Shown piece by piece: positions 21,063 to 32,696 of a stretch of 64,000 nucleotides of DNA (its first letter is position 1; every line of letters starts with the position of its first letter). Source of the stretch: Trypanosoma brucei (lineage: Eukaryota); NCBI GenBank assembly GCA_000002445.1, contig CH464491.1, forward strand, positions 3,264,001 through 3,328,000, written 5' to 3'. The position numbers were made by a program, and so were the translations under genes. The notes under the pieces are model-generated. The model was not told the origin of the DNA. It ran no database searches and saw only the letters and a list, made by a program, of their open reading frames with translations.

Positions 21063-22118
21063 ATGGAGAAGTACAGGAAGTTTGGTGATGCCGCCACCGG
21101 CATCAATCCTTTCATCTCCATGAAAACTCCAACAGCATTTTCCACCCTGTTTGCCGCAGTTCTATTTCCCGTACGCTGCGTCATTGCGGTTGTCATAATG
21201 TCGCTATTGTTTTTGGTGGATACATTCAATTACTTGTTTTACCTTTTGCCGGGCCTTTCGTCTCTGTCGCATTTGTTGTTCGGAGGGCTGCAGCGTGGGC
21301 TGCTGCGTGGCCTCCTATTCTCCCTCGGTAACGTTTCCATTGCGCGCGTGCCAACCAGCGGCTCTTTGTCACCTTCCGCTGGGGATGTGGTGGTCGCTAA
21401 TCTTCAGTCTGTTTGGGACATGTGTGTTATTGAAGTGGCGGAGCAGATTCCACTCTTCGTCGCAGCCTTCTACGGTGGCAAAGCCGGATCTTCCCCGGAA
21501 AAGAGCAAAAAAGATGAAGATGGTACCCTCTTTGTGATGAAACCGTCGCCTCTGCAGCGGTGGCGGGTGTGGTGGCACATTTACAATACCGGAACCTCTA
21601 CCTTTCTTTCTACAGTGGCAGACGATAGCAGTAATGCCCACAGTGGTGAGGCGCTGCCGATCGACATTACTTTGCTTCAACGTCGCTGTCACCGCCTTGG
21701 CGTACCACTGGTGCTCTTCGCAGAGGGAAGCTGTACCAATGGGAAAGGTATGCTAAATATTTCCCCAATTCGAGTGGGCGTTACACCCGCGCGCTTGCTA
21801 GTAAGTGCTCTGAGTTATGACACAGCGGCCCTCCATACTGTCGTGCGACCCCATAGCGTTCTCTCGTATCTCTTCTCTATGAGCGCTTCACTTTATGGGA
21901 GCCGCGACCCCGCGTGGTACAGTCCGCAGTTTCCTACGGCCACCGCACGCCTGGCATCCGTGGGAACCGACCCCCCGGCGGAAGCAGTGGAGGGAGTTGT
22001 GGTGGTTGAAGGCACAAAAGTGCGTCAAGTGCTTTGTGGGATCTCTCGCCCACGATGTGCGTTGAACGTTGGACTTCGTGAGAAACGTCGTTTCGTTGAG
22101 GTTTTCATGGCTCAGTAA
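21063..22118 (+). CDS. Multi-pass transmembrane hypothetical protein, with weak resemblance to the acyltransferase motif III (FAEGSCTNGKG)
   Basis: ATG-initiated ORF. Hydrophobic N-terminal helices (FSTLFAAVLFPVRCVIAVVIMSLLFLV). No clear HxxxxD motif. Confidence 0.55.
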   Translation: MEKYRKFGDAATGINPFISMKTPTAFSTLFAAVLFPVRCVIAVVIMSLLFLVDTFNYLFYLLPGLSSLSHLLFGGLQRGLLRGLLFSLGNVSIARVPTSGSLSPSAGDVVVANLQSVWDMCVIEVAEQIPLFVAAFYGGKAGSSPEKSKKDEDGTLFVMKPSPLQRWRVWWHIYNTGTSTFLSTVADDSSNAHSGEALPIDITLLQRRCHRLGVPLVLFAEGSCTNGKGMLNISPIRVGVTPARLLVSALSYDTAALHTVVRPHSVLSYLFSMSASLYGSRDPAWYSPQFPTATARLASVGTDPPAEAVEGVVVVEGTKVRQVLCGISRPRCALNVGLREKRRFVEVFMAQ

Positions 22119-22320
22119 GTGGGCATGTCCTGGTGGTAGTGGCGGAGCAACCGGATAGAGAGGAAGGGACGATGTTGAATCTTGCAAAGGTTACATAATC
22201 GGTGAACATTGAATCTGCTAAAGTGGAGCACGCAACCTCTCTTGGAAACTGTAGCTGGGATATATTCAAAGGAAACTAAAAAAGAGTGAAGAACATATTT
22301 GATGCGCCCAACAAACTTAC

Positions 22321-22375
22321 ATTTCTCCCCCTTCCTCCGTCTCTTGCAAACCTTTCCATCTCTCTTTGCTGTTTC
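22321..22375 (+). promoter_or_regulatory. Polypyrimidine tract plus downstream AG (22402): probable trans-splicing (spliced-leader) acceptor region for the gene starting at 22432
   Basis: atttctcccccttcctccgtctcttgcaaacctttccatctctctttgctgtttcg is almost pure pyrimidine, and the first ATG lies about 55 nt downstream. This is the established kinetoplastid mRNA processing signal. Confidence 0.5.
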
Positions 22376-22431
22376 GTACACATTTATGTTTGGCTCGTTT
22401 CAGCAAGGACGAAGGGAGGTGTAGCTCCAAC

Positions 22432-24939
22432 ATGACGAGTGTTAAGGAAACAAAGGAGCCAAAGCCCTCTATAAATCGTGCACGAGATTTGCCATGGTGG
22501 AAGCGGCTCGTGCTCGACCCTTCCTATAGGAAACGTGTCCGGCGGATAGCAACAGAGTGCTACCGTAAGGAGATGAGCGTGGTGCGCGACTTCCCAGAGA
22601 AGTTGTTTTCAGCCGAGCGCGAATATGGAGTTCCCCTCGTTTCTTCTTCGCAGTACGTACAACTGGAGGGTGAAAGCAAGTGGGCCACCAGGCACCCATC
22701 GACTATCATGAAAACTTCCTCCTTGAAGACGCTGCGGGATTCGGCAACAACCACGGTTCTTCCCGTTTTTGGACAGGACCACGAGTCCCGCGTTGACGAT
22801 GAAATAAAGAGGCTGTTTCAGCAGGAGAAAGCAGACAATCGGCTTTACGGTCTTTCATACATTTGGGACGAACAGCTCCCGCCGATGGGGTTTATTAGAC
22901 AGTGGCCTCCACCGCATCAGGGTATGTGGCCCACCGGTTGTGTGCACAGACAGTTGCAAAAGGTGCAACTTCCATCAGATAGGAAGGCGCGAGAAGCTCT
23001 AGCACATAACCCCTTGTTTGTTCATATCTACCGGCAGGGTGGCGAGTTTCTTGGAGTATGGCGTCAGAGTCTTCTGTTGCTGAGGTACAAAATAATATGT
23101 TGTGCTCTCCATGAGGAGGCTCTCGGAAGTCGCAACCCTAACGGTGAAAAAAAAAGTTCCACCAGAAGGGCACATCTGATGTACGTGCCAGAGTTCACGT
23201 CTCCGCTGTTGCGCCTCCAGGGTGATACGACAGTTAGCGTAATGGAGGGAAGGGTGAATGTTGAAACTATTTCGCCACCAACTACTTGGGAGGGGCTCGC
23301 ACCCTCACCGTCTAAAGTTCACGTGGATCAGGGTTACCTGAATTGGTGTGCCTTCCACAACAGCTCCCCAATGGTGCGGCAGTCGGTTCGGGACGTATAC
23401 AACATGCTGCCGCACGACGAAGATGGTCGGTTGACAAAGGATGTGTTCGTTGAATTCGTGCTAGACCTACTGAATCTGTTTTTCCCCCTGAATAACTCCG
23501 CATCAAATATTGCGATCGCCGAAGAGGAGTGGGCGTTCCGCGGGACATCAGAGCTGGTGTCATTTGATACCTTCTTCGAAAAGTTCTTTAGTTTCCCATT
23601 TATATTTCTCCGAAACTTCGAGGAGGTGACGCGCGACATGTATGTAGAGGTGTGGTGTTTGATTCGCATCTGTCTGCTGGAGACAGAACACACCATCCAC
23701 TCTAGTTCACGTGGCATCACAACCAACGTGACGGAGGTGCTGAAACAGAGGTTGGAACAGGACTACGAGCAAACCGCAACGCGTACGCTCCATCGAATTC
23801 CAAAACAGCGAAGTTTCACCCTTAATGGTGGCAACAGCAATGCGAATTTGGACTTTCAGATGGTGCCGAAGCCGAAGATAGCACCCCTCCATAGCAAGGG
23901 TCGTCCCCCTCCACAACAACCGAGGGATATTCCTGCTCTGATAAGCGGGATCAACGGCTTCACGGCAGAGGATGTGATTAACCTGGGGTGTACTGACTTC
24001 CACAACACCGACAATTATAAGACGTATGCAATGAAGCGCAGGATCCTCGAGGAGTGCGAAGATGCACCGTACAAAATCCCATCGTCGCGGCAGGTGCTTT
24101 TCGCTCACAAGAAGGCTGAACGACTGCTGGCAGAGGACAGAGAAGCCAACCAACTCGAGTCACCACAGATTTTTCTGGAGGTTGAAGAAGCTAATGATTC
24201 GCTGGGTACATATGTATTGGGGTCCCCCAGTTCTTCTACTACTGGCTCCGTTAAGTCGCACAATAATCGCATGGAAAGCATGAAAAAGCGTCGAGATGCA
24301 CTAGAGGAGCTTGAAAATCGGCACACAATCGAAAAGTTGTTAGCTACCTCTTACTGGTACAGAAGGCGGCGGCAGCAGCGGAAAAAGGCACTTAACGACG
24401 CCCACACGCTGGTTTCTCGTTGTCATACCTCATGGGAAATGTTCCAGTACGATGTTTATGAAATACCAGAGGAGAACCCAACGGAAGTGGACGACCTGAT
24501 CGCCTTTGTCCTCGACTTACCCGATGATTTCTTTGTGGTGGATACATCACTGCGTATGCGTAACACCGTTTATAGGGTTCATGAAAGTGTTCGTGAAAGC
24601 CGCTTGCCGAAGGTTCGCAAGGTTGATGAGCTTCAACTATTTGAGGAAAGGATTAAAAAGGAAGCAGAATCCCTGTGGCGCGAGCGCTTATATGGTACAG
24701 AAAAACAGTCTGTAAAGGAGGGCGATTCCGAAGCAGCACAACCTGAGGGGTCGTCAACAACTGTGGACGATGAAGTGCCCCCACGTTTGCCAGCAAAGAG
24801 TAACGTGGTTTACCAGCCCCAAGTGTGGAGCCTCACCGAGCTCTCCCAGGCAACGACCAGGAGAAACTGGTCGGTTGCGTCCGCTCTTAAGTGCGCTGTC
24901 AAAGTCCCCTCCACGGCTGGACACAACGGCTTTAGTTGA
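22432..24939 (+). CDS. Hypothetical protein (about 835 aa)
   Basis: Long ORF. The first ATG at 22432 follows a strong polypyrimidine tract (22321-22375) and an AG at 22402; the ORF-track start at 22366 is TTG. Confidence 0.7.
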   Translation: MTSVKETKEPKPSINRARDLPWWKRLVLDPSYRKRVRRIATECYRKEMSVVRDFPEKLFSAEREYGVPLVSSSQYVQLEGESKWATRHPSTIMKTSSLKTLRDSATTTVLPVFGQDHESRVDDEIKRLFQQEKADNRLYGLSYIWDEQLPPMGFIRQWPPPHQGMWPTGCVHRQLQKVQLPSDRKAREALAHNPLFVHIYRQGGEFLGVWRQSLLLLRYKIICCALHEEALGSRNPNGEKKSSTRRAHLMYVPEFTSPLLRLQGDTTVSVMEGRVNVETISPPTTWEGLAPSPSKVHVDQGYLNWCAFHNSSPMVRQSVRDVYNMLPHDEDGRLTKDVFVEFVLDLLNLFFPLNNSASNIAIAEEEWAFRGTSELVSFDTFFEKFFSFPFIFLRNFEEVTRDMYVEVWCLIRICLLETEHTIHSSSRGITTNVTEVLKQRLEQDYEQTATRTLHRIPKQRSFTLNGGNSNANLDFQMVPKPKIAPLHSKGRPPPQQPRDIPALISGINGFTAEDVINLGCTDFHNTDNYKTYAMKRRILEECEDAPYKIPSSRQVLFAHKKAERLLAEDREANQLESPQIFLEVEEANDSLGTYVLGSPSSSTTGSVKSHNNRMESMKKRRDALEELENRHTIEKLLATSYWYRRRRQQRKKALNDAHTLVSRCHTSWEMFQYDVYEIPEENPTEVDDLIAFVLDLPDDFFVVDTSLRMRNTVYRVHESVRESRLPKVRKVDELQLFEERIKKEAESLWRERLYGTEKQSVKEGDSEAAQPEGSSTTVDDEVPPRLPAKSNVVYQPQVWSLTELSQATTRRNWSVASALKCAVKVPSTAGHNGFS

Positions 24940-26059
24940 ATCGCCGTGTCGGAACGGAGGATGCGAAACCCCGAAGCCCGATCGCGTCACGGCTCGCCGC
25001 CGTCGGGAGGAACTGGAGGAGGAAGAACGAATACTGCAGAAGAAGGAGGAGCGGGTATTGGGAATGCGGCTAAGGCTAAAAGAGAGAATGGATGCCGAGT
25101 ATATGAGGCGAGTGAAGCTGAAATCCCAGCGCCGCTCCATTCCTCTTGTTATTAGAGCGGCGCAAAGAAAAAATGTAGATTAAAAGAAGTAATGTATGTA
25201 TCTCCGTATGTGTGGAACAAGGAAGCTCAGACAACTCATGCGAAAGTGTACTGATGGGGAGAGAGTACACGCCGATGGGTAACTCTCGTCATTGGTGTCG
25301 CGTATCCCCTTTATTTCCCGCCGTCTGTTCGTTACTGGGCAACCCGATGTTGCCAGGACAGTTGTACAGGCGATGAAGGGGTGGGAAAAGGTTGTTATTC
25401 TGATCATTGCTGCTGAGCCTTTAACCTGAGCCTTCCTACTTGAATTATTATTAACAGAAGAGTGCCATTTTCTACATTTAGGAGCATCTGCAGGTGCGGT
25501 AAGCAACCGCCGGGGTCGTTCAGTTTGACTACGTCTGTGCAGTGCTATGTGCATTGCTGGAATGTGCTTTTGGTTGGGTCACGTGTGTGTCCAAGCCGGA
25601 TTTAACGGGAGCAGGGGCTTGGGGAAAAGGAAAAATGCAGTCCCCACCCGCTCGATCTTGCTGAGTGGTACTAGAGAAGATGTGGGGCTCTTGCCCAACA
25701 GCGTTTTCCCCTCATTTCATTACGTGACAGGCTGGCACGTAGGACGTGAAGTGAAGGGAAGGTTTTTGTCTTCTTAATTAGCACCATTTTTGGCTAGTTG
25801 AGAGATAGAAACTGAGCCTGAATGCCCGTAAGCCTCTGTACTCTGATCATCAACGGGCCACTACTCACAGAAAAGAAGAATTGTGTTGTATTGAATAACT
25901 TCTTCCTACTGGCGGTGCGTCCCAGACATTATGGTTTCCCCCTGTATGCTCGTGCACTTTTATGCGCCTTCAGAGTGCTTGTATTTCTTTTCTTCTCACT
26001 TTATTTCTTTTAATACATTTTAACTAGCCGCCACAACCACCAGCACATCGATCAGGAAT

Positions 26060-27067
26060 ATGACTGCTGGTGGAGGCAACGCACTGACACCCCTTACCAC
26101 AGGGTTACAAACCATTAAACTGCGCTCGCGGCTAGTCATCGGTATTCGCTTGTACGGATCCCTCGTTGCCCCGCATCCCCGTGTCTCCACGCAAATAAAG
26201 TGCCGACCCTTTCTTCAGTATTTCGGCGAAACACTAAGACGCCTCCGCTGCGACGTAACACTCTTCGCTCCGTTCCCAAACTGTGACTCCGATGGAAAGT
26301 TGCTCAACGTAAAGGAGTTTCCATGCGAGTACCGTATGGTACACGACCCTACGTCTGGATCAGCGGGGAATCGAAATAACATGTACAGAGGAAGGAAACC
26401 GAGCGCCGCCGCTCGTAGCAATTTTCAAGACTACCTCAATGAAGTGGCCTCTGAGTTGAATGCCCCTCCCAAGCGCATTCTTTTTATAGATGCCGAGATA
26501 AATTATCGTTTTTCCCCCGTCCAAACATTAGTACTGGAGGCATTTGAGCCGAGGCGACCACGGTTTTGTCACCCACACCAGCGGAGCGAAGCGCCAAGTG
26601 ACATCACCGTGGCGGCTGAGGGTAGCACGCGTGCGCAACGGCAAGCTGCCATGCTTGAAGCAGAGTTTGAGTGGACACAAAGACAACAGCTGCAGTCGCG
26701 GCGTTGTGCTCCCTTCTCGCCAGATCTCTATCAGGAGAAGTCAACCCCTGTAAGTGACAGTGAGGTGCGGGAAGCCGCGCTGGCCGTCAAGCGTGAAGAT
26801 TACACACTTGTGGCTCTCGCCGGTATGTTGGTGGAGCTTGCTGCGACGGACGCAAGTGTTGCGGATTTCCTGCGGGTGGAGCCTTTAGTTGAAAAGCTCC
26901 GTGTACCCTTCCACGGCAACGTGAATTATCTACCGATCGAGAACTGTGATGACATGATGTTTTGGGACTGGAATGCTGTGGAAGTGCGGGAGGCGGAGTC
27001 TATGGCGACAGCGGCTGAAACTCCGGAGGTGGAAGAGCGGGAGGAGCATCAGCACATGTTCAAGTGA
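26060..27067 (+). CDS. Hypothetical protein (335 aa)
   Basis: ATG-initiated ORF in the same orientation as the transcription unit. No recognisable domain. Confidence 0.55.
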   Translation: MTAGGGNALTPLTTGLQTIKLRSRLVIGIRLYGSLVAPHPRVSTQIKCRPFLQYFGETLRRLRCDVTLFAPFPNCDSDGKLLNVKEFPCEYRMVHDPTSGSAGNRNNMYRGRKPSAAARSNFQDYLNEVASELNAPPKRILFIDAEINYRFSPVQTLVLEAFEPRRPRFCHPHQRSEAPSDITVAAEGSTRAQRQAAMLEAEFEWTQRQQLQSRRCAPFSPDLYQEKSTPVSDSEVREAALAVKREDYTLVALAGMLVELAATDASVADFLRVEPLVEKLRVPFHGNVNYLPIENCDDMMFWDWNAVEVREAESMATAAETPEVEEREEHQHMFK

Positions 27068-27749
27068 TGTCCCCCAACAACTCCTCTGCCCTTCTGCTTT
27101 TCATCTCTTCCTCCCATGCTGCAGGTTTTTCCCTCGATAGGACGTCATGCCAATTTGTGAACACGCTTAAGGTGTCCAATTTTAGTGGTGGTAATCACAC
27201 TGCTCAACTAACAACGGATATGCAACAGAAAGCTCAGAGGAAGTGGCGTGGATAAGCCGGTCTGTCACCCTGAAGTCGAACTTCAGTGTAACACCACTTC
27301 ACCTTTATTTTATGACCATTTTTTTGCTTGTGTGCACTTGCTCTCCTCACCAACTGTTATTCACATCGCATTAACATGCCACAAATGTTCATGTTCCTTG
27401 GGCGGCATCCTGACACTACCATACTAACCTTACCGGTTTTGACCGACCAACCGTCTCTCTGTTTAGTCACGCGCTTATTTGTCCATATCTCCGTTTCTAT
27501 TTTGCTCCGACCTTTTCCTCCATTTATCCATTTATCATTTTCAATAGAGGGCACGTTTCCCCCGAGGGAAATCCTGTTTTAACTTTATCAACTGAATTAT
27601 CTTAGTTTCATCAAGTGTTTTTTTTTAGAACTGGAATTTGTTACAAAAGCTACGGGAGAAATAGAGAGAGGACAGTGAAACATATAAAGGGAGAGGGTAG
27701 GAAAGGAACTCCATCTTGCGGTACTGTTTTCAAGGGCTGAGGATCCGAA

Positions 27750-30170
27750 ATGAGCACATCTTTAGTAACGCTTGCCAGTGTTTTGGCTTCGGATTGCACG
27801 CATTACGCGGGGGACCCCAATTTGCTCAAAGCTGACCGATATGCAGACCGCGTGATGAAGTTACTGCAGTCTGAGCAAGCGGATCTCCTTGCGGTGCGCG
27901 TTGCCATTCATGCACAGTTGAGGGATGCTTTCAGGGACGACAGTGTTCAGAAGATGTTGAGGCCATACCTCCGCAGCGACGAAAACATTGCCGACCTTAT
28001 TGAGGATCCCAAAGCACGGGCCAAATTCTTCATGAATAAGCAGCAGGAACTACAGGCCGTTGTGATGGACAGTGCTGAGCAAGTGGCACTGAGAGACGCG
28101 CACCGCGAACTGGCAATATGGGAACGTGAAAATGCAGTGCTGCTTCGCCACCAAATGTTTATGCCTTACAAACCCTCACTCGCGCTCCTATTGGAGAGCG
28201 CTGCCACAATTGCTCTCTACCGTCAGTATGCCACTCTTGAAGAAGGACACTGCTCTAGCGACAGCAGTAGCGGGGAGGTACCGGAACAGCTCGTGAAGAT
28301 GGGAGGCGTGCCACTCTTCACATTGAAATCTGAACAGAAACCGTTCGAGGTGGACGAACACACAAAGATGTATTCCCAGCAGGTGCTACAAAACAAACGT
28401 GTAGAGTACGAAGAGAAGCGGGGGTTGGTAGCGCGTCACCGTAAGGCACTGGAGGAATGCCCATCGCTTTTCCGTTTGCAGGAGTTTATCAACGTTCGCA
28501 ATGAAATTATGCGAAAATTTGGTATCGACCGGCTTGTGTCCCTTCGCGCACGCAGGGATAAGGCACTGGCCGAACCATTTGAGGGTGGTGAGGATGTCAG
28601 CACGCGCGGCCTCCCTGCTGACAACGAAATCGTCAAGAGTCGCCGCGTTGCGCAGTATTCTTTGCCAAAAATTGTTCAGCAATGTCACAAGAACTACGTC
28701 ACAATTGTAGGGGGCGGGCCGTCAGACACAGAAGAGGGGGGAGTTCAAGTCTCCGGTGCCATAGCAACCAAGAGTGCCGCAGGCCCGCTGAAGGACTTGG
28801 AGGTGTTCCGTTACTGGTTCCTTGCCTGCATTACGGCAGATGCGCCACAAATCGGGCCCAACAAGCTCGTGGGGAAGACCTTTCCAACACTTGAAGAATA
28901 TAAGAAGATGTGGCAAGTCCAGAAGACCAGCTATGTGCCGTCTCTCAACACAACTCATAGGCAAAGCTTCGTGAAGAATGTTGCAGAACAACGTGGGCTT
29001 CCGCACATTGTCGTCCTCTCCCCGGTCACTTATTCGTACATGCAGAATAACAGTCGAGACACCGTTGTGAAGGGAGAACTTGACATGATTGTTTACGACG
29101 CTACGAATGAGAAGGTTCTTCTTATGGTTGCTGACTCTCACGATGACCGACGCCCGAGAACAGCGTTCTTAAATGCACAAGAGGAGCGCTACCGTTTTGC
29201 AGCAGTCATCCGCGCAGCGATCGTAAATGACAACGAACTTCATGACTTTCAATGTGAGGGTGTACTTGCTGAGTACTTTTTCGATCCGGATTCGGGGTCT
29301 GAAGAGAACTATTACACAATCATGGCTCCAACCAAGATCTCGCAGAAGGTAGGAACGAAAATAAACGTCCCCTTAAAGGCTCTGCAACCCTTTACCACGT
29401 GCCCGCCGCGGTACTTTATCCTCGGCTCCAACTGGGGCGTCAGCTCGGGAAATAGCAAAAATCCCCACGCCATGTCTTTTTCCCACGCTAAGTTAAACGA
29501 AGAAGCCATCTCCCTGCAGTCGCACATCCCGGAGGGCTTCATTAAGAAGAATGTGATGCCGAAGTTACTCTCGCGCAAAGAAGGACTGGAGTTGCTCGAG
29601 AACGCCAAAAGGCAACGTATAAAGGAACAGCAGCTGCAGAAATATCAGCAGCAGCAGCAACAGCAACTCAACTCCGCGCGTCCAGCGGGAGGGGCCCAAT
29701 CCACTTCGCGGCTCACTCGTTCCGTAACGAATACACCGCGCCCTACCAGTGACCTCGAAGCCGCTGCCGCAGCGGAGCTTCAGGAAGAGGAGAACGGCAT
29801 CTTGCCTGAGGAGGAGGATCCGCTGGGTCCCGTCGTCCCCGAGGATGTACTGCACCCTGTTCGCGATCTTTTACTGAGCAAACGCTTCCTTCAACCAGAT
29901 TTTTTGCAGCGCCGCTCAAAGGACCCGGAGGTGCACCAGTTGCCCGCAACGAAGGATGGGAAAATACGGACACCACTGACTGTATTTAACGAATTGATAA
30001 AATCCCGTTTCGGAGAAGAACCACCAAAGGCCTCACCTCAAACGTTGGCGGGACGCCGCGGTAGCACAAGCAACAGTGGGATTGCGGCACAGGGGCGAGC
30101 ATCGCCGTACACCCGTGCAGCTTCACTACAAAGCGATAGACTGACTTCGAGGGCGCAACGCCGGCAATAA
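27750..30170 (+). CDS. Hypothetical protein (806 aa) with a short polyQ stretch
   Basis: Long ATG-initiated ORF. QKYQQQQQQQLN tract. No catalytic motif recognised. Confidence 0.7.
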   Translation: MSTSLVTLASVLASDCTHYAGDPNLLKADRYADRVMKLLQSEQADLLAVRVAIHAQLRDAFRDDSVQKMLRPYLRSDENIADLIEDPKARAKFFMNKQQELQAVVMDSAEQVALRDAHRELAIWERENAVLLRHQMFMPYKPSLALLLESAATIALYRQYATLEEGHCSSDSSSGEVPEQLVKMGGVPLFTLKSEQKPFEVDEHTKMYSQQVLQNKRVEYEEKRGLVARHRKALEECPSLFRLQEFINVRNEIMRKFGIDRLVSLRARRDKALAEPFEGGEDVSTRGLPADNEIVKSRRVAQYSLPKIVQQCHKNYVTIVGGGPSDTEEGGVQVSGAIATKSAAGPLKDLEVFRYWFLACITADAPQIGPNKLVGKTFPTLEEYKKMWQVQKTSYVPSLNTTHRQSFVKNVAEQRGLPHIVVLSPVTYSYMQNNSRDTVVKGELDMIVYDATNEKVLLMVADSHDDRRPRTAFLNAQEERYRFAAVIRAAIVNDNELHDFQCEGVLAEYFFDPDSGSEENYYTIMAPTKISQKVGTKINVPLKALQPFTTCPPRYFILGSNWGVSSGNSKNPHAMSFSHAKLNEEAISLQSHIPEGFIKKNVMPKLLSRKEGLELLENAKRQRIKEQQLQKYQQQQQQQLNSARPAGGAQSTSRLTRSVTNTPRPTSDLEAAAAAELQEEENGILPEEEDPLGPVVPEDVLHPVRDLLLSKRFLQPDFLQRRSKDPEVHQLPATKDGKIRTPLTVFNELIKSRFGEEPPKASPQTLAGRRGSTSNSGIAAQGRASPYTRAASLQSDRLTSRAQRRQ

Positions 30171-30969
30171 AGGGGAGGGGAAGTTGAGGTCAGCGACTCA
30201 GCTCATGGTTGAGTGAATGCCACTTTTTTGTATTATTTTTCAGTACCACAATCCAATGTGCAACTTAACCATTTGTTCGTGGAGGGGAAAAGGGGGAAAA
30301 AATCACCGCTGCGGCACAAACGGGGGAAGGGGGTAGGATCTGATACGTAATGATGGTGTTCAGCGCGTTTGTTTCTGGACGCAACGTGGTAGACGAAACA
30401 ACCATCAACCGATTAGGTATTTGAATTAGAGGAAACTTCTTGTTACGAAAGGGAGGAAATGTGGGGGCGGGCGGTGGGGAGATGCACACCATTGGAATTA
30501 ACAAAGGAATACAGAGGGAAGAAAAGTAGGAAATTGCCTGGGGACAAGACGGGGAAGTAGTCGTGGGGTACTCGTGTAAGGGGAAAAAAAATCCAGATTT
30601 ATTCTGTTTTCCCCCGTGCAGGTGGTTAGTTTGGCGGTACCTATGTGCCTACATGAAAGAGGAGAACGAATGACAGGACCGACCTCGTATAAATACGCTC
30701 GGCTTTTCTTTTTGTTTTGTTTTGCAGTGCTTCATGATAAGCATCTTATCCCTGACTTCTCTCACCTTTTCGGCACTAATTGTCAATGGAGGTACCGAGG
30801 TTGTTTTGACTCTTCTTGCCAACGCAACCAATTTCTCTACGTATGAGTTCGCACCCTTCATTTTGTGCTGGTGAACCACCGCCTATGCTGATGCTACATT
30901 TTCCTTGTCTAAGTTTTTCTGTTGCTGTTGACGTTGTTATTTTCGTTTTCGTTGTTGTTCCCATATAAT

Positions 30970-30981
30970 GGGGGGGGGGGG
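30970..30981. repeat. G12 homopolymer in an intergenic region
   Basis: Direct read: ataatggggggggggggcgtactgg. Confidence 0.9.
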
Positions 30982-31469
30982 CGTACTGGCAGGCGCATTG
31001 TCGTGCTTCGTTGTAGAAGACGTTTGTTATGTATCTAAAGAATGTGGATTGAAAGAGAGGACAAAAGGCAAGGAAGGATGGGGGAGACTTTAAAGTGCTC
31101 ATATGTACGGTTTGTGTGACAGCTAACGCCCCCGTAGTATTCTTAGTGGTCATTGTCCGACACCATGAAAAGCACTTCCAAGAGAAAAAGGGTGTTTTCC
31201 CCAAGTTGTTCTCGTAGAGTAATGGTGAGAACGCTTCTCCAACATCTGTGGTTAGCGCCTACGTCCTCCGGTACATCATTACTCTGCACTGTTTCTACTT
31301 TTTTTCTCAGACCACAAATAGAATAAAACTGTACCTTATCAGAGGCAGGCTCACGTAGTAATTCAGAAGCAAAAAAAACGCTGTTTTTCTTTTGCTAGTT
31401 TGGCTCCCTGTTCTTCAGTTCAAAGCCGCTACCTCACCATCATCACCCCGCCTCACTGACGGGGAAGCA

Positions 31470-32648
31470 ATGTCGGCGGTTGCAACCGATCCCTCTGTGC
31501 CGACGGGAAAGTCTGAAAGTGAGGCGTTAGTGGCCCAGCGAGAATGTACGTGGAAAGTTGTCAAAGCCGGAGAGGGTTTAGAACGACAACAAACATGGGA
31601 AAAGTCTTCCACACATGAAAGTACCGGCTGTCCAACACTCCCAACTGTGCGCTCAGCATCACAAGGGGGGAAAGAGGTTGAGGATACGATGAGCTCCTCA
31701 AGACGCCTAAGGTGGGGTCACCTGAGCAATGCTTCGGTGCCGGCGTTAGAGAGTGCTGCGCCGAAGGCGGGGCTAGAGGAACAAGCGCATGCCTCGGAAG
31801 TTAAGAAACCGGCTGTTCCCTGCCGTATTTCTCCAAGTGGCATTCCGGTGGAGCGTTACCGTCAAAAATTAGAGGAATGTGCTTCTCTACATCACCAGCT
31901 CCAGGAAATGGTGTCGGCACACTGCGTAACGCAGGAGCAACTTTGCGGTGTTCGAGCAGAGTGCGACTGCCTCAAGAACGAAATTGTGCGGCTTCGGGAC
32001 CTGCTAGCGACAACCACGAGCGAGTTAGGCATTCAGCAGCAGCATGTTGTTGAGCTCGAGCGAGAAAACTTGAAATTACGTGAGGAGTTGCGTGAAAAGC
32101 AAGTGGAGGGTATGACAAGCCAGAGAAAGATGAACTACATACTGTCAAATTCCACTGTGTCGCCCCAGGGTGGTGGGGTCGCGACATATACCCGCTATTC
32201 ACCGCGCCCGTCACCGGCGACATTGGTTTTGCCGGTCACTCCAACACTAATGGTGCAACCGGGTTTGACAGGGGCAAAAAATGTCTTAGATGCGGTAGAG
32301 CTATACGTGAGGGAGTGTTTTCGCACGAATGTTCTGCCACACGTAGAACTTATCCACAGTTTGTACGACGGTGGTCGTCTCGCAGCCGTTGATCCCCCTC
32401 TGACACATGCCCAGTTGAAAGCGCTTCAAAGGGTTCTTGCCGACGTTAAGTGGGAAGTGGAAGTTAGCGGAATACCCGTGGAAACCTACGTCAGTAGGAA
32501 ACCTAGGTTGCAGGGGAGAAGCCAGCGCCTGAAGGATCCAGACGGGTCGTATCCTCTGTGGTTTAATAAGTTGGAGACTCTGACATTTCGTAGCGAAAGT
32601 TGGCGTACATGTCTGGGGTTTGATTGTAGAAGATCGTACGTTCCCTGA
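31470..32648 (+). CDS. Coiled-coil hypothetical protein. It is in frame with the next ORF and separated from it by a single TGA.
   Basis: The first ATG at 31470 follows a polyY tract (31381-31460). Central heptad-rich region (VELERENLKLREELREKQVEG). The ORF-track start at 31392 is TTG. Confidence 0.55.
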   Translation: MSAVATDPSVPTGKSESEALVAQRECTWKVVKAGEGLERQQTWEKSSTHESTGCPTLPTVRSASQGGKEVEDTMSSSRRLRWGHLSNASVPALESAAPKAGLEEQAHASEVKKPAVPCRISPSGIPVERYRQKLEECASLHHQLQEMVSAHCVTQEQLCGVRAECDCLKNEIVRLRDLLATTTSELGIQQQHVVELERENLKLREELREKQVEGMTSQRKMNYILSNSTVSPQGGGVATYTRYSPRPSPATLVLPVTPTLMVQPGLTGAKNVLDAVELYVRECFRTNVLPHVELIHSLYDGGRLAAVDPPLTHAQLKALQRVLADVKWEVEVSGIPVETYVSRKPRLQGRSQRLKDPDGSYPLWFNKLETLTFRSESWRTCLGFDCRRSYVP

Positions 32649-32696
32649 AATCTGCCCGGGTACTTGGAGTTATTCGGCATTAGCGATGCTTCCACC

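Noticed and set aside
24770-25183. Alternative-frame ORF overlapping the 3' end of gene 22432-24939 and extending 244 nt downstream with charged, coiled-coil-like translation
   Set aside because: It could hint at a frameshift-extended C-terminus. More likely it is a purine-rich 3' UTR that happens to stay open, and there is no independent support. Flagged only for RNA-seq comparison.
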